A stretch of 64,000 nucleotides of DNA from Bacillota bacterium (GCA_040755295.1 JBFMBK010000007.1:35932-99931); one strand, 5' to 3'. Positions 26,772 to 37,075 are shown, counted from the first letter of the stretch. Translations and numbers: made by a program. The notes: generated from the sequence alone by a model not told the origin.

Positions 26772-27940
26772 GTGATGCTCCGGCAGAGGTTCAACCGCTC
26801 CTCCGGAAGGCCGGTCTTTTTAAAGACATATTATTGAACCTTCCCATGATGCTGTTGACGGCCATGATGCTGACCGGCGGGCAGGCGCCCGGGGATCTCC
26901 TGCACCGAACGACGCTGGCCGTAACCTTTATCTTCGTCAACCTGTTGTTCTTTTTAATGGTGCGAACCGGTAAGACCCATAAGTACCGTTCGTCTTTGTT
27001 TATCATCATCGCGGTTTGTTTCGTTATTTCTTTCGTTTCGAACTTGATCGAAGTGAGGGGGAGCATGGTCTTAACCGCGGAGGACATGTACAGCGGCGAA
27101 ACCCCTTTCTGCCACCTGGTTATCCCGATGATAATCATTCCCGCAGCGTTGACGCGAACCATTATTTTCCCCGGTTCTATGCTTGAAGGTTTTGCCTCCA
27201 TAGCCTCTATGATTGTTTTATGGACCGGTGCTTCCCTTGTGCTGGGCCGCGCCTGGTGCAGCTGGGTCTGTTTCTTCGGCGGGATGGACGAGGGGTTTTC
27301 CCGTTTGTGCCGCAGGCCTGTCATTAAGCGGATTGACCGCAAATGGACCTATTTGCCGTACGCGGTATTACTGGCGGTGGTCTTGACCTCGGCCCTCACC
27401 CTCAGTCCCACATACTGCGAGTGGCTCTGTCCCTTTAAGGCGGTCACTGAGTTTGTGGAGATCAACTCCTTCAAGGTCATGGTGCAGACCGTTATCTTCG
27501 TTTCTTTGTTCGTCGGGCTGGTTGTCGTTTTGCCGGCGTTGACCCGGCGCCGGATACAGTGCGGTCTGTTCTGTCCTTTTGCGGCCTTTCAGTCGCTGAC
27601 CAACAAAATAAACGTCTTTGACGTCCGCATCGACCGGGATAAGTGCAACCTCTGCAAACGGTGCATAAACGCCTGCCCGACTTTTTCCCTCGATGAACAA
27701 AGCGTCCGAAACGGCCGTACGTGCCTGTCGTGTACAAAATGCGGCCAATGCGTGGATAACTGTCCCCAGCAGGCGGCTTCCTTCCACATCAAGGGCACGC
27801 CTGTCGCCGTCGGCGGGAAGGCGCGCATGCTGTTCCTCTACCCGGCCTTCCTTTTCGCCGTGATTATCGGTGGGGGAATGATTTCAGACGCGCTGGCGCG
27901 TATAATCAAGCTGATTTCAACCGGAAGCATGATTCATTAG
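26768..27940 (+). CDS. membrane-bound 4Fe-4S ferredoxin-domain protein (NapH/MauN-like)
   Basis: CxxC-type motifs in membrane loops (CSWVCFFGG, CEWLCPFK, CGLFCPF) plus two ferredoxin motifs (CNLCKRCINACP, CTKCGQCVDNCP). The ATG at 26768 overlaps the preceding stop (ATGA). Confidence 0.7.
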   Translation: MSDAPAEVQPLLRKAGLFKDILLNLPMMLLTAMMLTGGQAPGDLLHRTTLAVTFIFVNLLFFLMVRTGKTHKYRSSLFIIIAVCFVISFVSNLIEVRGSMVLTAEDMYSGETPFCHLVIPMIIIPAALTRTIIFPGSMLEGFASIASMIVLWTGASLVLGRAWCSWVCFFGGMDEGFSRLCRRPVIKRIDRKWTYLPYAVLLAVVLTSALTLSPTYCEWLCPFKAVTEFVEINSFKVMVQTVIFVSLFVGLVVVLPALTRRRIQCGLFCPFAAFQSLTNKINVFDVRIDRDKCNLCKRCINACPTFSLDEQSVRNGRTCLSCTKCGQCVDNCPQQAASFHIKGTPVAVGGKARMLFLYPAFLFAVIIGGGMISDALARIIKLISTGSMIH

Positions 27941-27962
27941 CTGACAGGGGAAGGATGAGGAG

Positions 27963-28439
27963 ATGCTCCGTCTAAAAAAAGTTTTGGGATACGCCGTGGC
28001 AACCCTGGCCGTTCCTCTGATAATGGCGACCTTTATTGGAATGGATACCTGGACTCACGGGCTGGTATCCGTTACGGGAATCACCGTTTCGCCTTGGTTT
28101 ACCGGTGGCGAGGTGATCAGGACGATAGAGCATGGGAGGTACCGTACCACGCTGCACCGCCCGGTTTTCGACGGCTTGCTCGGAGAAAGAAAACAGGGGT
28201 TTGTACAGGTGGACTGGTCGCCGCCGGAGGCGCTGCCCGAGTATGTCTGCGAAGATGTCGATTACGACGGTGACGGCTTCAGGGATTTCTCCGTTAAAAT
28301 CAATACCAGAACCTGCGCCGCCACTTTAATGCCCTGCGGTCCTACTGTGATATCCCTGGAGGGAAGCTACCGGCTCAAAGACGCGTTGGCGGTCAGGGTG
28401 CTGCTCAGGGGGCGGGAATGGCCGCGTGAGGCGCGCTAA
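27963..28439 (+). CDS. hypothetical protein with N-terminal TM/signal segment
   Basis: 158-aa ORF, tightly spaced after the 4Fe-4S gene. No recognisable motif. Confidence 0.45.
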   Translation: MLRLKKVLGYAVATLAVPLIMATFIGMDTWTHGLVSVTGITVSPWFTGGEVIRTIEHGRYRTTLHRPVFDGLLGERKQGFVQVDWSPPEALPEYVCEDVDYDGDGFRDFSVKINTRTCAATLMPCGPTVISLEGSYRLKDALAVRVLLRGREWPREAR

Positions 28440-29002
28440 GGCTCTTTAGTTTCACCCCAACGGTAGGTCGGCCGGTTTTTCAAACCCAAGAGATCAAGCA
28501 GGCGGCCCACGGTGAAGTCGACAAGGTCGCTGACGGTTTCCGGCCGGTGGTAGAAAGCGGGCACGGGCGGGGCGATTACCACGCCCATTCGCGCAAGCTT
28601 GAGCATATTTTCGAGGTGAATGGCGCTCAAAGGCGACTCCCGCGGCAGGAGAATGAGGCGGCGGCCTTCCTTCACGGTTACATCCGCGGCGCGCTGGATG
28701 AGGTTTTCGGCGTAACCGGCGGCGATACCGGCGAGGGTCTTCATGCTGCATGGCGCGACGACCATCCCGTCGTGCAGGAAAGAACCGCTGGCCACGGGTG
28801 CGATGAACTCGTCTTCAGTATACGTGTGGGTGGCGAGCGCGCGGATGTCCGCCGGGGAGTGCGAGGTTTCCAACGCGGTTATGACTTCGGCCTGGCGGCT
28901 GATAATAAGGCGGGTTTCTACCCGGCAATCGTTCAGCGCCTTCAAGAGCGTTATCCCATAGATAACCCCCGAGGCGCCGGTGATACCGACAACGACTCTC
29001 AA
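28436..29002 (-). CDS. ubiX: UbiX-family flavin prenyltransferase
   Basis: MRVVVGITGASGVIYGITLLKAL..APCSMKTLAGIA..RRLILLPRESP. Confidence 0.9.
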   Translation of the reverse strand: MRVVVGITGASGVIYGITLLKALNDCRVETRLIISRQAEVITALETSHSPADIRALATHTYTEDEFIAPVASGSFLHDGMVVAPCSMKTLAGIAAGYAENLIQRAADVTVKEGRRLILLPRESPLSAIHLENMLKLARMGVVIAPPVPAFYHRPETVSDLVDFTVGRLLDLLGLKNRPTYRWGETKEP

Positions 29003-29352
29003 AGGTGACCTCCTGTCCTCACAACGTAACCATTCAGATCCCGAGTGGGCGCGGTAATAAGCGGCGCATGGCTGAACAGTTACCTAATAACAAGTTTTTC
29101 GGGCGAACTGTGGTTTGCTGACCGGCGCCCTTCGCTGCGTTTAATGGTTTCTCTAATGATTGTAGCCAAAACCGAGCCGATTTCCAAGGATTTTTACTGT
29201 AATGCCCTTTGAGTTTTTTCAAACGCCGCATTAGATTTAAGTATGGGGTTGGCGGGTCCTTGGCATATCGTCCGTCAATTGATAGAATTAAAATGCAGGC
29301 TTCCGGAAAATGATGCGGTTGAGTCCATGGAAGGAGAACGTTAAGGTCTATC

Positions 29353-29724
29353 ATGCATTGGTGTGACAAATTGAGGGTGTACCTGGACGAGTACCAGGAG
29401 TTCGAGCCTACTTCGATAGCGCCGCCGCGTTACTTTACTCCTTATAAGCATGTCTATCCCAGGTGGGATTTGGCGATAAAGGCAAGACTTCCGGAATTAG
29501 GTGATGTGGTCCTGGCAGTGATGCGGGACCAGCCTCCGGGAATGGGCTCGCTGGCCGTTCAGGATGACAGTTGGTTCCTTCTGAAAGGCAGGACGATCGT
29601 TTCCCTGGATTTATGCGACCTGACCGAGGTTTCGCCGCAGACCGTTCTTTGGACGGGGCTTGCGGCATGGAAGAAACACCGGATAAAAGACATCTCTGAT
29701 TTGCTCGACCAATTTTCACGGTAA
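29353..29724 (+). CDS. hypothetical protein
   Basis: 123-aa ORF with no recognisable motif and a weak RBS context. Confidence 0.35.
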   Translation: MHWCDKLRVYLDEYQEFEPTSIAPPRYFTPYKHVYPRWDLAIKARLPELGDVVLAVMRDQPPGMGSLAVQDDSWFLLKGRTIVSLDLCDLTEVSPQTVLWTGLAAWKKHRIKDISDLLDQFSR

Positions 29725-30089
29725 CTCGTTCTCCGATGTCACCCTTCAACATCTTGCGTTGTTTCCCCTTTTACTTTCCCTCCGGGGACCGTTAATCGCG
29801 CAACGCTGTATCTCCAACAATGCTTTTAGGGCGAATGCAGGTTCTTCCGCCCATTCCTGACGTTAAAACGGTACGGTTCCATTCATGCAAGTAAAATGCG
29901 AACCCCCCCGGCAGATGTTGCGTCATATATAGTATTGATGCGTCCTTATGGGATATTGGCCCAGCGGCGGGAGGCTTCGCTCACCCGGTCCAGACGCCGT
30001 ATCGTGCCTTGTAGCGTAACACGCACCTTATAACTGAGCCCTACGAAAGGACGCTTATTTGCTGTACTTCAGTTTTTTATAAACGTTGA

Positions 30090-30508
30090 ACGTTCAACCG
30101 ACCCCACCCAGCACTTAGAGCAGCTTTTAAGCTTCGGTGCGAAGACCTTCATCAGCCTAAAGGAAGTGATGGCTTTTCGAAGCGTAAAGATAATACTGAG
30201 TGCCGGGCTGTCGGTATACGGTTTAATGTCCTGGTAAGGATCCTGGAAGAGATACGGGCGGCGGCGGGACATAAACCGGTAATCGTTCACTCATGGAACC
30301 GATGTGCGAAGCAGAAAAAGACGGTAGAGGGGCAACCTGACAGCCAGCATTTATACGGCACAGCGGCGGATGTTTCCATCGACGGGGTACCGCCGGCGCA
30401 GCTCGCAAAACTTGCAGCAAACTGCGGTGCGGACGGCATCGGCACGTACCCGAAACGGGGGTTTGTACACGTTGATGTGCGAGGTTATCGGGCAAGGTGG
30501 GAGGGCTG
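30090..30508 (+). pseudogene. peptidase M15A (YcbK/DUF882, D-Ala-D-Ala carboxypeptidase-like) fragment without a start codon
   Basis: My own translation of the + strand gives ..LVRILEEIRAAAGHKPVIVHSWNRCAKQKKTVEGQPDSQHLYGTAADVSIDGVPPAQLAKLAANCGADGIGTYPKRGFVHVDVRGYRARWEG*. The zinc motifs H-x6-D and VHVD are intact. There is no in-frame ATG/GTG/TTG after the stop at 30087. The nearest ATG (30169) is in another frame that stops at 30235. Confidence 0.55.
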
Positions 30509-30635
30509 ATTAAAGACAAGAGATATTTATGAGGGACCTTGTAGAACCGGTGTCTGTAAACATATGCCATAAAAAATATTTTTCGGCAAATGTCGCAACA
30601 CGGGTAAATACTGACCCATGTCCGGTGCAACCGTT

Positions 30636-30661
30636 ACCGGGACTAGCCAGTCCCGGTTTTT
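30636..30661 (+). terminator. rho-independent terminator
   Basis: Stem ccgggact / agtcccgg with loop agcc, followed by ttttt. Confidence 0.7.
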
Positions 30662-30924
30662 GTTATAGTATAGCGATTAGTCAGCCATAATCCTAAGGCG
30701 GGTGCCGTTTCCCGGCACACCTTTGGAACAACCGGTTCAATACTTAAAGGATGGTCGAGAATTAATGTTTTAAAAACCTGGTTTGAGGTTGGAATGTGAT
30801 GACTGATAATGTCAAAAACCACATGCTCATACGGGAATTTGTATTCAAAAAAAAGAAGGGGTAAAAATTGAATTGTCTAATTTCGGGAATGAATGGTTTA
30901 TTTTTAGTTCGATAAAGGCCCGGT

Positions 30925-31251
30925 GTGAAAGAAATGGTCGACTATTATAAAGACCTAGCGGACAATATCTGGAGTAAAATGGTGAACCTTATTGGGGTTC
31001 ATACCGTAATGGTTTTGGTCCAGAGGGCGGTATGGATTACAGGCCAGAATTACGACGAAGCCAAGTCCATTCAATTCAACAAGGAGGGTATTACCTTTCA
31101 ATTCGAAGGGGTTGAACGCGGACGCGCCAAAGCTGTATTTGAGGAGTTTATTGCGTCGCTTGTTGAAATTCTGACCAGGCTTGTCGGCAGGGATATCGTT
31201 CAAAGAATCATCGAAATAGATGACACGATAAAAAGCAGGGGAATCCAATGA
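30925..31251 (+). CDS. hypothetical 108-aa protein translationally coupled to the KaiC-like gene
   Basis: The ORF ends in an ATGA overlap with the next start (31248). No recognisable motif. It is not KaiB-like by eye. Confidence 0.5.
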   Translation: MKEMVDYYKDLADNIWSKMVNLIGVHTVMVLVQRAVWITGQNYDEAKSIQFNKEGITFQFEGVERGRAKAVFEEFIASLVEILTRLVGRDIVQRIIEIDDTIKSRGIQ

Positions 31252-32677
31252 AGCGTTTAAGAACCGGGATACACGGCCTGGATAGGATTTTGTCGAGTGG
31301 AATCCCCGAATACTCATCGGTATTTATCGCCGGGGCGCCGGGTACGGGAAAGACCATTTTGACACAAAACATCCTGCACAACCTGGCTAAAGAGGCGAAG
31401 GTCCTGTACATCTCCACATTGTCGGAGCCGCAGATAAAGGTTATCCGCTACCAGCAAGAGTTAACGTTCTTCGATCCCGATGCGTTTATGAAGCGCGTTA
31501 TTTACCATGATATCGGCGGTATTATAAGGCAGGATGGCGCAAGGCGGGGGTTGGAGGAAATAGAAAGGCTGGTGAGGGAACACCGGCCTATAGCCGTCGC
31601 CGTTGACAGCATAAAGGCGATCGTCGATCTTATCGGTTCAAACCTCGAGTTCCGGGAATTCATTTCTGACCTGACGGTAAGACTTGCCGCCTGGGAGTGC
31701 ACCGCTCTTTTTGTCGGGGAGTACTCGGAAGATGAGCTTGCCTCACGTCCAGAGACCGCTATCGCCGACGGTATCTTCTTTATTTACGGGATGGAAGAAA
31801 AGAAACACCAGAAGCGTTACCTGAGGGTGCTGAAGATGCGGGGGGCTGACTACGCGTCCGGGGAACACCTTTTGAAAATAACAAAAGACGGTGTAAAAAT
31901 CTATCCGCGGCTCAACCCCGTCGTTGCCGACCAGAGTTATCTTGCTTTCGGCAATCGTCAGGCCACCGGGGTTTCCGGCCTCGACCGGATGCTGGGGGGC
32001 GGTATTCCCGCCGGTGCGACGACACTTATCGCGGGGAGCACAGGTACGGGGAAGACGCTGCTGGGTTTGAGTTGGCTTATACAGGGCGCAAGAGAAAACG
32101 AATCAGGGATGATCGCAAGCTTTGAAGAGAACCCGCTTAACTTAAAATGGTGCACCCGCACATTCGGCTGGGAGCTTGATTCTCTCGAAAAACAGAATCT
32201 CATTCGTTTCTTTCATTTTTCCCGATCGAATTGGACGTTGACGAGCACGTTTGTATCCTGAAGGAAATGGCGCGGGAAAGGAACGTGAAGCGGATAGTCG
32301 TCGACAGCATCTCTGCTTTTGAAACAGGGATGCCGGACAAACAAAAGTACACGGACTTTATCTGGGGCATGGCGGATTTTTTTAAGACACAGGGCATTTC
32401 GCTTTTGCTCACGCAAGAAAGTTGTAATCTGTTCGGTACGCCTAAGATATCGGATCACGGTATCTCCTACATCGCGGACAACATCCTGTTAATCCAGTAT
32501 ATAAGAAAGGAATTTGAACTTCACCGGTTCATTAACGTCCTGAAGATGCGCGGAAGCGGGCATGACAATCGTATGAAGGAATTGATAATCGGCGATAAAG
32601 GGCCGGTGGTACTCGACAGGCCGGGGTGGAACAACGGTTCCGATGCGTCCGGTTGCGCAAGCGCCGACGTTCAATAA
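31248..32677 (+). pseudogene. KaiC-family double RecA-like ATPase, interrupted by a -1 frameshift at 32216-32223
   Basis: Domain 1 has GIHGLDRIL..FIAGAPGTGKT. Domain 2 has GVSGLDRMLGGGIPAGATTLIAGSTGTGKT. The reading continues in the -1 frame (..FHFS / PIELDVDEHVCILKEMARERNVKRIVVDSIS..LKMRGSGHD) after a T5C3 homopolymer. The track shows two ORFs, 31248-32261 and 32231-32677. Confidence 0.75.
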
Positions 32678-32690
32678 CAGGAATTAGACA

Positions 32691-34706
32691 ATGACCGATT
32701 GGATCCTATCGCCCAAGTGGCGTGAATTTCAAGAGTCAATCGCGTGGACGTCCGGATTGACCATCGGGGTGATCGGCCGGAAGGGGGAGTTGGAAACCCT
32801 CTATAACCGGTTGCCGCCGTTTTCCGGCTTTGAGGATGATCCGGCGCTCGCCGCCGTTTACAAAGAATTTTTTCGGAATGTGCCACGGCTTTTACACGGG
32901 TCAAAGGGGAAAATATTCATACATGATCCGTTGAAACTCCCAAGCGCGTTTATTCCTCTGGGCAACGGTTCCTTTCTTTTCCTCAACGGTGGTTTCCACG
33001 AATCATATCAAGATCTTCGGTCTGCACCTGATGCACAGGACTCGGACGGTCTTTTCACTGAGAACGGCCGCCGGGATCGTATTTCAGCCGTCAAAATGAA
33101 CGACTTAAAGAACAAAACAAAACGTATAGAGGCGGTATACGAGCGGATAGGCCGTTCTGCAATTGAAACCACGGAATTCGGACAGCAAATGGTACTCCTT
33201 TCAGCGATAGAGGAGATTAACAAGCTTATGGTGAGCCTTTTTTCCCCGGACAGGTTTGACCTGCAGCGCGTTCAGGATCTGGCGGTGAATTCGCTTGTAA
33301 TCCTGCTGGATGCCGAGGGAGCATGTGTTTTTACCAACTACGGCAACGGTCAAATAACCACCGCATCCAAAGGACTGCACAAAGAACTCTTGGACGGGCT
33401 GAAAAAGGAATGGGCGGATACCGTTAGCCGTAGCGGGGAATCGGCGGGAGTCGTCCGGTGGCTCAGCGGGGGGAGGAATATTGATTCAAGATTCAGGATT
33501 GAAGCGGAATTCATGCGAAACAAGGGTTCCACAATTTTTCTGGGGGTTATTAATTCCGGGAATAAGTACGTGCGTATGGTTATTGAGGCTTTGGCCAGAC
33601 AGGTTACCATCGCCGTCGAGGTGGCCGTGCTTTACGCCATTATCCGGCAGCAGATGGGAACGGTTATAAACTCGGTGCGTCACGGAATAGTTTTGATAAA
33701 CTCCGAAGGTGAAGTAATCATGTTCAACCGCGCTGCTTCGGATACCCTGACGGTTTTGGGGATAAGCCTTGATTTCGGCTGTTCGATATTCGGGCTGGGG
33801 CTGAACCGGGGGATGGAAACCGCCATAAGAAAAGCGGTATCCACCGGCGACGCCTTTCTTCAGAAAAAGGGTGATTTCAGGAACGGGAAGGGCATGCTTC
33901 ATTTGAAATGGGATGTCACCCCTCTTTTGGACGATAACGGCGCTATCACCGGCGCAATTCTGATTTTTGAGGATGTAACCGAGGCGGTAACCCTGCGGCG
34001 AAGGATGGAGGACTGCGAGCGTCTTATCACTGCAGGGGAGGTAGCCGCGGGCCTGGCCCACGAAATCCGCAATCCCCTAGCGGCGGCGGCGGGCGCCATA
34101 CAGCTTTGCGAGATGATATCCGACCCGGCCAAGCAGCAGGAGGTACTAAGGAAACTGCGCGGCGAGTTGGACCGGATGAGCAAAGTGCTCACGGACTTCC
34201 TGCGTTTCGCCAAGCCCGGGGGAAAAGTGGACATCCAGCCGATAAACCTGGTCGCCCTGGTGAACGACCTGGAGTTCCTCATACGCAGCGAGGCTCTGCA
34301 GTATGAGGTTGCGTTAATCTTTAGTGAGGCTCCGGAGGTGTTTCCTATAGTGAGGGGCGATGAGAATAATCTCAAACAGGTATTTATTAATATTGCGAAG
34401 AACGCGATTGAAGCCATGCCGGAAGGCGGCCTGCTTAAAATCTCGTGGCTGCGCAATGACAACCGTGCGGGGGTACAGTTTGAGGATAACGGTCCGGGAA
34501 TTCCCAGGGAAAACCTGCCGATGATCTTCCGGCCTTTTTATACCACCAAGCTCGGGGGCACCGGATTGGGGTTGTCGATATCCTCAGCTCTCATCAAGGA
34601 TATGGGAGGGGAAATGAACCTGAAAAGCGTTCCGGGAAAGGGAACGACCATACAGGTGATGCTTCCGACCTGCACGGAATTAATAGGAGATGATTACAAA
34701 CACTAA
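32691..34706 (+). CDS. cytoplasmic sensor histidine kinase (unknown N-domain, PAS, HisKA, HATPase)
   Basis: H-box GLAHEIRNPLAAAAG, N-box FINIAKNAIEAM, G1 DNGPGI, G2 GGTGLGLSIS. No obvious TM helices. The start is 14 nt after the KaiC-like stop. Confidence 0.85.
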   Translation: MTDWILSPKWREFQESIAWTSGLTIGVIGRKGELETLYNRLPPFSGFEDDPALAAVYKEFFRNVPRLLHGSKGKIFIHDPLKLPSAFIPLGNGSFLFLNGGFHESYQDLRSAPDAQDSDGLFTENGRRDRISAVKMNDLKNKTKRIEAVYERIGRSAIETTEFGQQMVLLSAIEEINKLMVSLFSPDRFDLQRVQDLAVNSLVILLDAEGACVFTNYGNGQITTASKGLHKELLDGLKKEWADTVSRSGESAGVVRWLSGGRNIDSRFRIEAEFMRNKGSTIFLGVINSGNKYVRMVIEALARQVTIAVEVAVLYAIIRQQMGTVINSVRHGIVLINSEGEVIMFNRAASDTLTVLGISLDFGCSIFGLGLNRGMETAIRKAVSTGDAFLQKKGDFRNGKGMLHLKWDVTPLLDDNGAITGAILIFEDVTEAVTLRRRMEDCERLITAGEVAAGLAHEIRNPLAAAAGAIQLCEMISDPAKQQEVLRKLRGELDRMSKVLTDFLRFAKPGGKVDIQPINLVALVNDLEFLIRSEALQYEVALIFSEAPEVFPIVRGDENNLKQVFINIAKNAIEAMPEGGLLKISWLRNDNRAGVQFEDNGPGIPRENLPMIFRPFYTTKLGGTGLGLSISSALIKDMGGEMNLKSVPGKGTTIQVMLPTCTELIGDDYKH

Positions 34707-34732
34707 AATCCACGCATTTTTTACGGAGGGAG

Positions 34733-35110
34733 ATGGAGATTCAAATGAGCAAGGTTGACGTGGTTGTTGTTGATGATGATAAAAGCGTACGCTGGTTATT
34801 GGAGGAAATGCTTTCTTTCGGTGAGATCAGTCATCGTGTTGCTGCCTCCGGTCCCGAGGGAATTCGTCTTATTCAGGAACACAAGCCGCGGCTCGCCATC
34901 GTCGACGTACGGTTGGGGTCAATGAACGGCCTCGATGTGGCTAGGCGGACCACCAACGGCGGCACCAAGGTCATTTTTATGACCGGTTATGGAGACGTCA
35001 TCAAGGATAAGGTTGAAGATGATTTACCAGTGATCAGTATTATAGAGAAACCCTTCGATATTCAGGGTTTGCTGAGAATTGTCCGAAACGTTCTTGACGA
35101 AACAGCTTAA
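34733..35110 (+). CDS. single-domain (CheY-like) response regulator
   Basis: VVVVDDD..AIVDVRLGSMNG..KVIFMTGY receiver motifs with no output domain. The start may be the ATG at 34745. Confidence 0.8.
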   Translation: MEIQMSKVDVVVVDDDKSVRWLLEEMLSFGEISHRVAASGPEGIRLIQEHKPRLAIVDVRLGSMNGLDVARRTTNGGTKVIFMTGYGDVIKDKVEDDLPVISIIEKPFDIQGLLRIVRNVLDETA

Positions 35111-35214
35111 CCCCTTCAGGGGGTATGTTACCAAGAGGTTACAGGCCCTATGGCCGGAGATGAAGTGCATAAACGCACGGGCACGGTTGTCGGGATACGA
35201 GCTGTGTTCGGTCT

Positions 35215-36066
35215 TCACCGGCTTGCTTCTTTGTCTATGGCATCGACAAGAGGCGACAGTTCCGTCAAGCGGTTTTCGGCCAAAAGAGCCTGCATGATCT
35301 GAATATGGTTGATAAAATCATGGCGTTGTTTCCTTACTGTGTCAATTTGTTTCCGCATTTCCGCGGCGGGCGCCTCCTGGGCGATTACCGCCGCTTCTCG
35401 TTCGGACAACTGAAGAATCCGCCAGATGATAAACGGCGGGAACAGCAATGCCGCTATCAACACGATAAAGGTGACGGTTTCGGTCGCTCGGTTGGCTTCG
35501 TCAAAACTTGAGCTGAAAAAAAATTCATTAATAACGGCGCCTAAGAGAATTACTTGGATCACCAGAGGCAATACGGTTTTTACACGGAACCCTAAATTTG
35601 CTTGTATCCATAAAAATCCGCCATTTTCTCCGGTAGCTGATATAGGCAAGAATCGCGGTAGGAATATCTATTGAAGGAGGGAAAAGAATTCTTTTAATGG
35701 GTGAAGCGAGGTAGTCAGCGGTAGAAACGCCGAGGACATAGTGCCAGGCAAAGGAACCTCCTACCTGGGTTATCATAGTAATAAATTCAAATAGGAAAAC
35801 GACCAGGAAGACTTTAGGAAGGCGAAATAAAAACTTAATCATTAAGATATCAAGCATAATCGCTATAGCAACTCGTAATGATTGAGGACTGTAGAAAGCA
35901 ACGGTACCGCAAACTCCGGAGATTACGGCAAAAGCCAATATCTATATCTGCTTTCATACACGTTATGCCTGGTGAGAACAAGGGCAAAGGGTAAACACAC
36001 CAGAGGACTCAGAACTGATGTATAAAAAATTAATCCAAAATCAAGCATTGAAGGCGTGTTCACCAT
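35215..36066 (-). pseudogene. decayed AgrC/SpoOB-type sensor kinase: membrane domain plus H-box, at least 2 frameshifts, ATPase domain missing
   Basis: Three consecutive minus-strand frames. The first, 36066 down to ~35925, is my translation MVNTPSMLDFGLIFYTSVLSPLVCLPFALVL... The second, 35938 down to ~35640, is hydrophobic. The third, 35649-35215, ends ..RKQRHDFINHIQIMQALLAENRL..*. No N/G1/G2 boxes follow. Confidence 0.6.
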
Positions 36067-36310
36067 ATGATTCCTTTACCTATCATGAAAATCACCCAAC
36101 CTCTTTAATGTCCTTCCTTAATATCCCAAGTATGATGTATATTCAGAATAAAAAAGTATCTTACCTAAAAAATCTGAATGATTAATTTTTCTTTTTAATA
36201 TTAAAGTACTGGGAAAATACTAGAGCGAGATTTAAAAGCTCTATTTAAGTTCATTGTACTTTGGTGTATTATTTTATACAACAGTGTTTATGTTTTCCAA
36301 GGAGGTCATT

Positions 36311-37075
36311 ATGTCCGACAGAGCTTTTAAGGTTGTGGTCGCGGATGATGATGAACCGACCCGCAGTCTTTTAAAGACCATGCTGGAGACCTTTGAGAGG
36401 GTAACGGTTGTCGGTATGGCCGACAGCGGCAGGGGTTTGCTCAAGCTGGTGGAAGATACAGCCCCGGAAGTGATTTTTGTAGACGTTCAAATGCCTGATC
36501 TTGACGGGTTGAGTGCGGTCTTTCGTCTTCAAAAAGAACACCCGGATGTTTTTGCTGTTTTCATAAGCGCTCACGCTCACTATGCCGCCGAGGCGTTTGA
36601 CCTTGATGCCGTGGATTACGTGGTGAAGCCGCTGAACCGGGACCGAGTCGGGCGGGCACTGGCAAAAGCGAGACGATTCGTTGAGTTGCGATCTATAGTC
36701 GCCGCTGCAGATTTCACGTTGAACGGTCCGGACAATACAAAAAGACTTGTGCTGAAGTGCGGTCATGGCGCAACCGTGGTAAAAACGGATGATATATTTT
36801 TCATTGAAAAAATGGGGAAAAGGTGCATCATCCACACGGACGGCAGCCGGTACGATACTGTGGACAGGCTTTCTTCTATAGAACGACAGCTTGATGCAAG
36901 GTTCTTCCGCTGCCATAAAAGTTTTATCATTAACATCAACCGGGTGGAGAGGGTTATTCCTTACGCGGACCGGGCATACGAGATCTCATTCCGCGGTTAT
37001 CCTTATAAGGTCACGATGCGCCGTGACCGGTTTGAGGATTTCTGCCGGTTAGTCAAGAACGAAAAGAACGCGTAA
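36311..37075 (+). CDS. LytTR-family response regulator
   Basis: Receiver domain (VVVADDDEPT..FVDVQMPDLDG..) plus a LytTR domain (..IFFIEKMGKRCIIHTDGSRYDTVDRLSSIERQL..FFRCHKSFIININ). The ATG at 36311 follows aggagg. Confidence 0.88.
   Translation: MSDRAFKVVVADDDEPTRSLLKTMLETFERVTVVGMADSGRGLLKLVEDTAPEVIFVDVQMPDLDGLSAVFRLQKEHPDVFAVFISAHAHYAAEAFDLDAVDYVVKPLNRDRVGRALAKARRFVELRSIVAAADFTLNGPDNTKRLVLKCGHGATVVKTDDIFFIEKMGKRCIIHTDGSRYDTVDRLSSIERQLDARFFRCHKSFIININRVERVIPYADRAYEISFRGYPYKVTMRRDRFEDFCRLVKNEKNA

Noticed and set aside
29034-29369. 111-aa minus-strand ORF between ubiX and the 29353 ORF.
   Set aside because: It has no motif and poor coding character, and it overlaps the start of a + strand ORF.
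30223-30630. 135-aa minus-strand ORF.
   Set aside because: It runs antisense to the recognisable peptidase M15A-like reading frame on the + strand and has no motifs of its own.
36067-36108. 13-codon ORF (MIPLPIMKITQPL) between the AgrC-like remnant and the LytTR operon, considered as a possible AgrD-like peptide.
   Set aside because: It is far too short and unsupported. There is no AgrB, no RBS and no conserved thiolactone-type motif.
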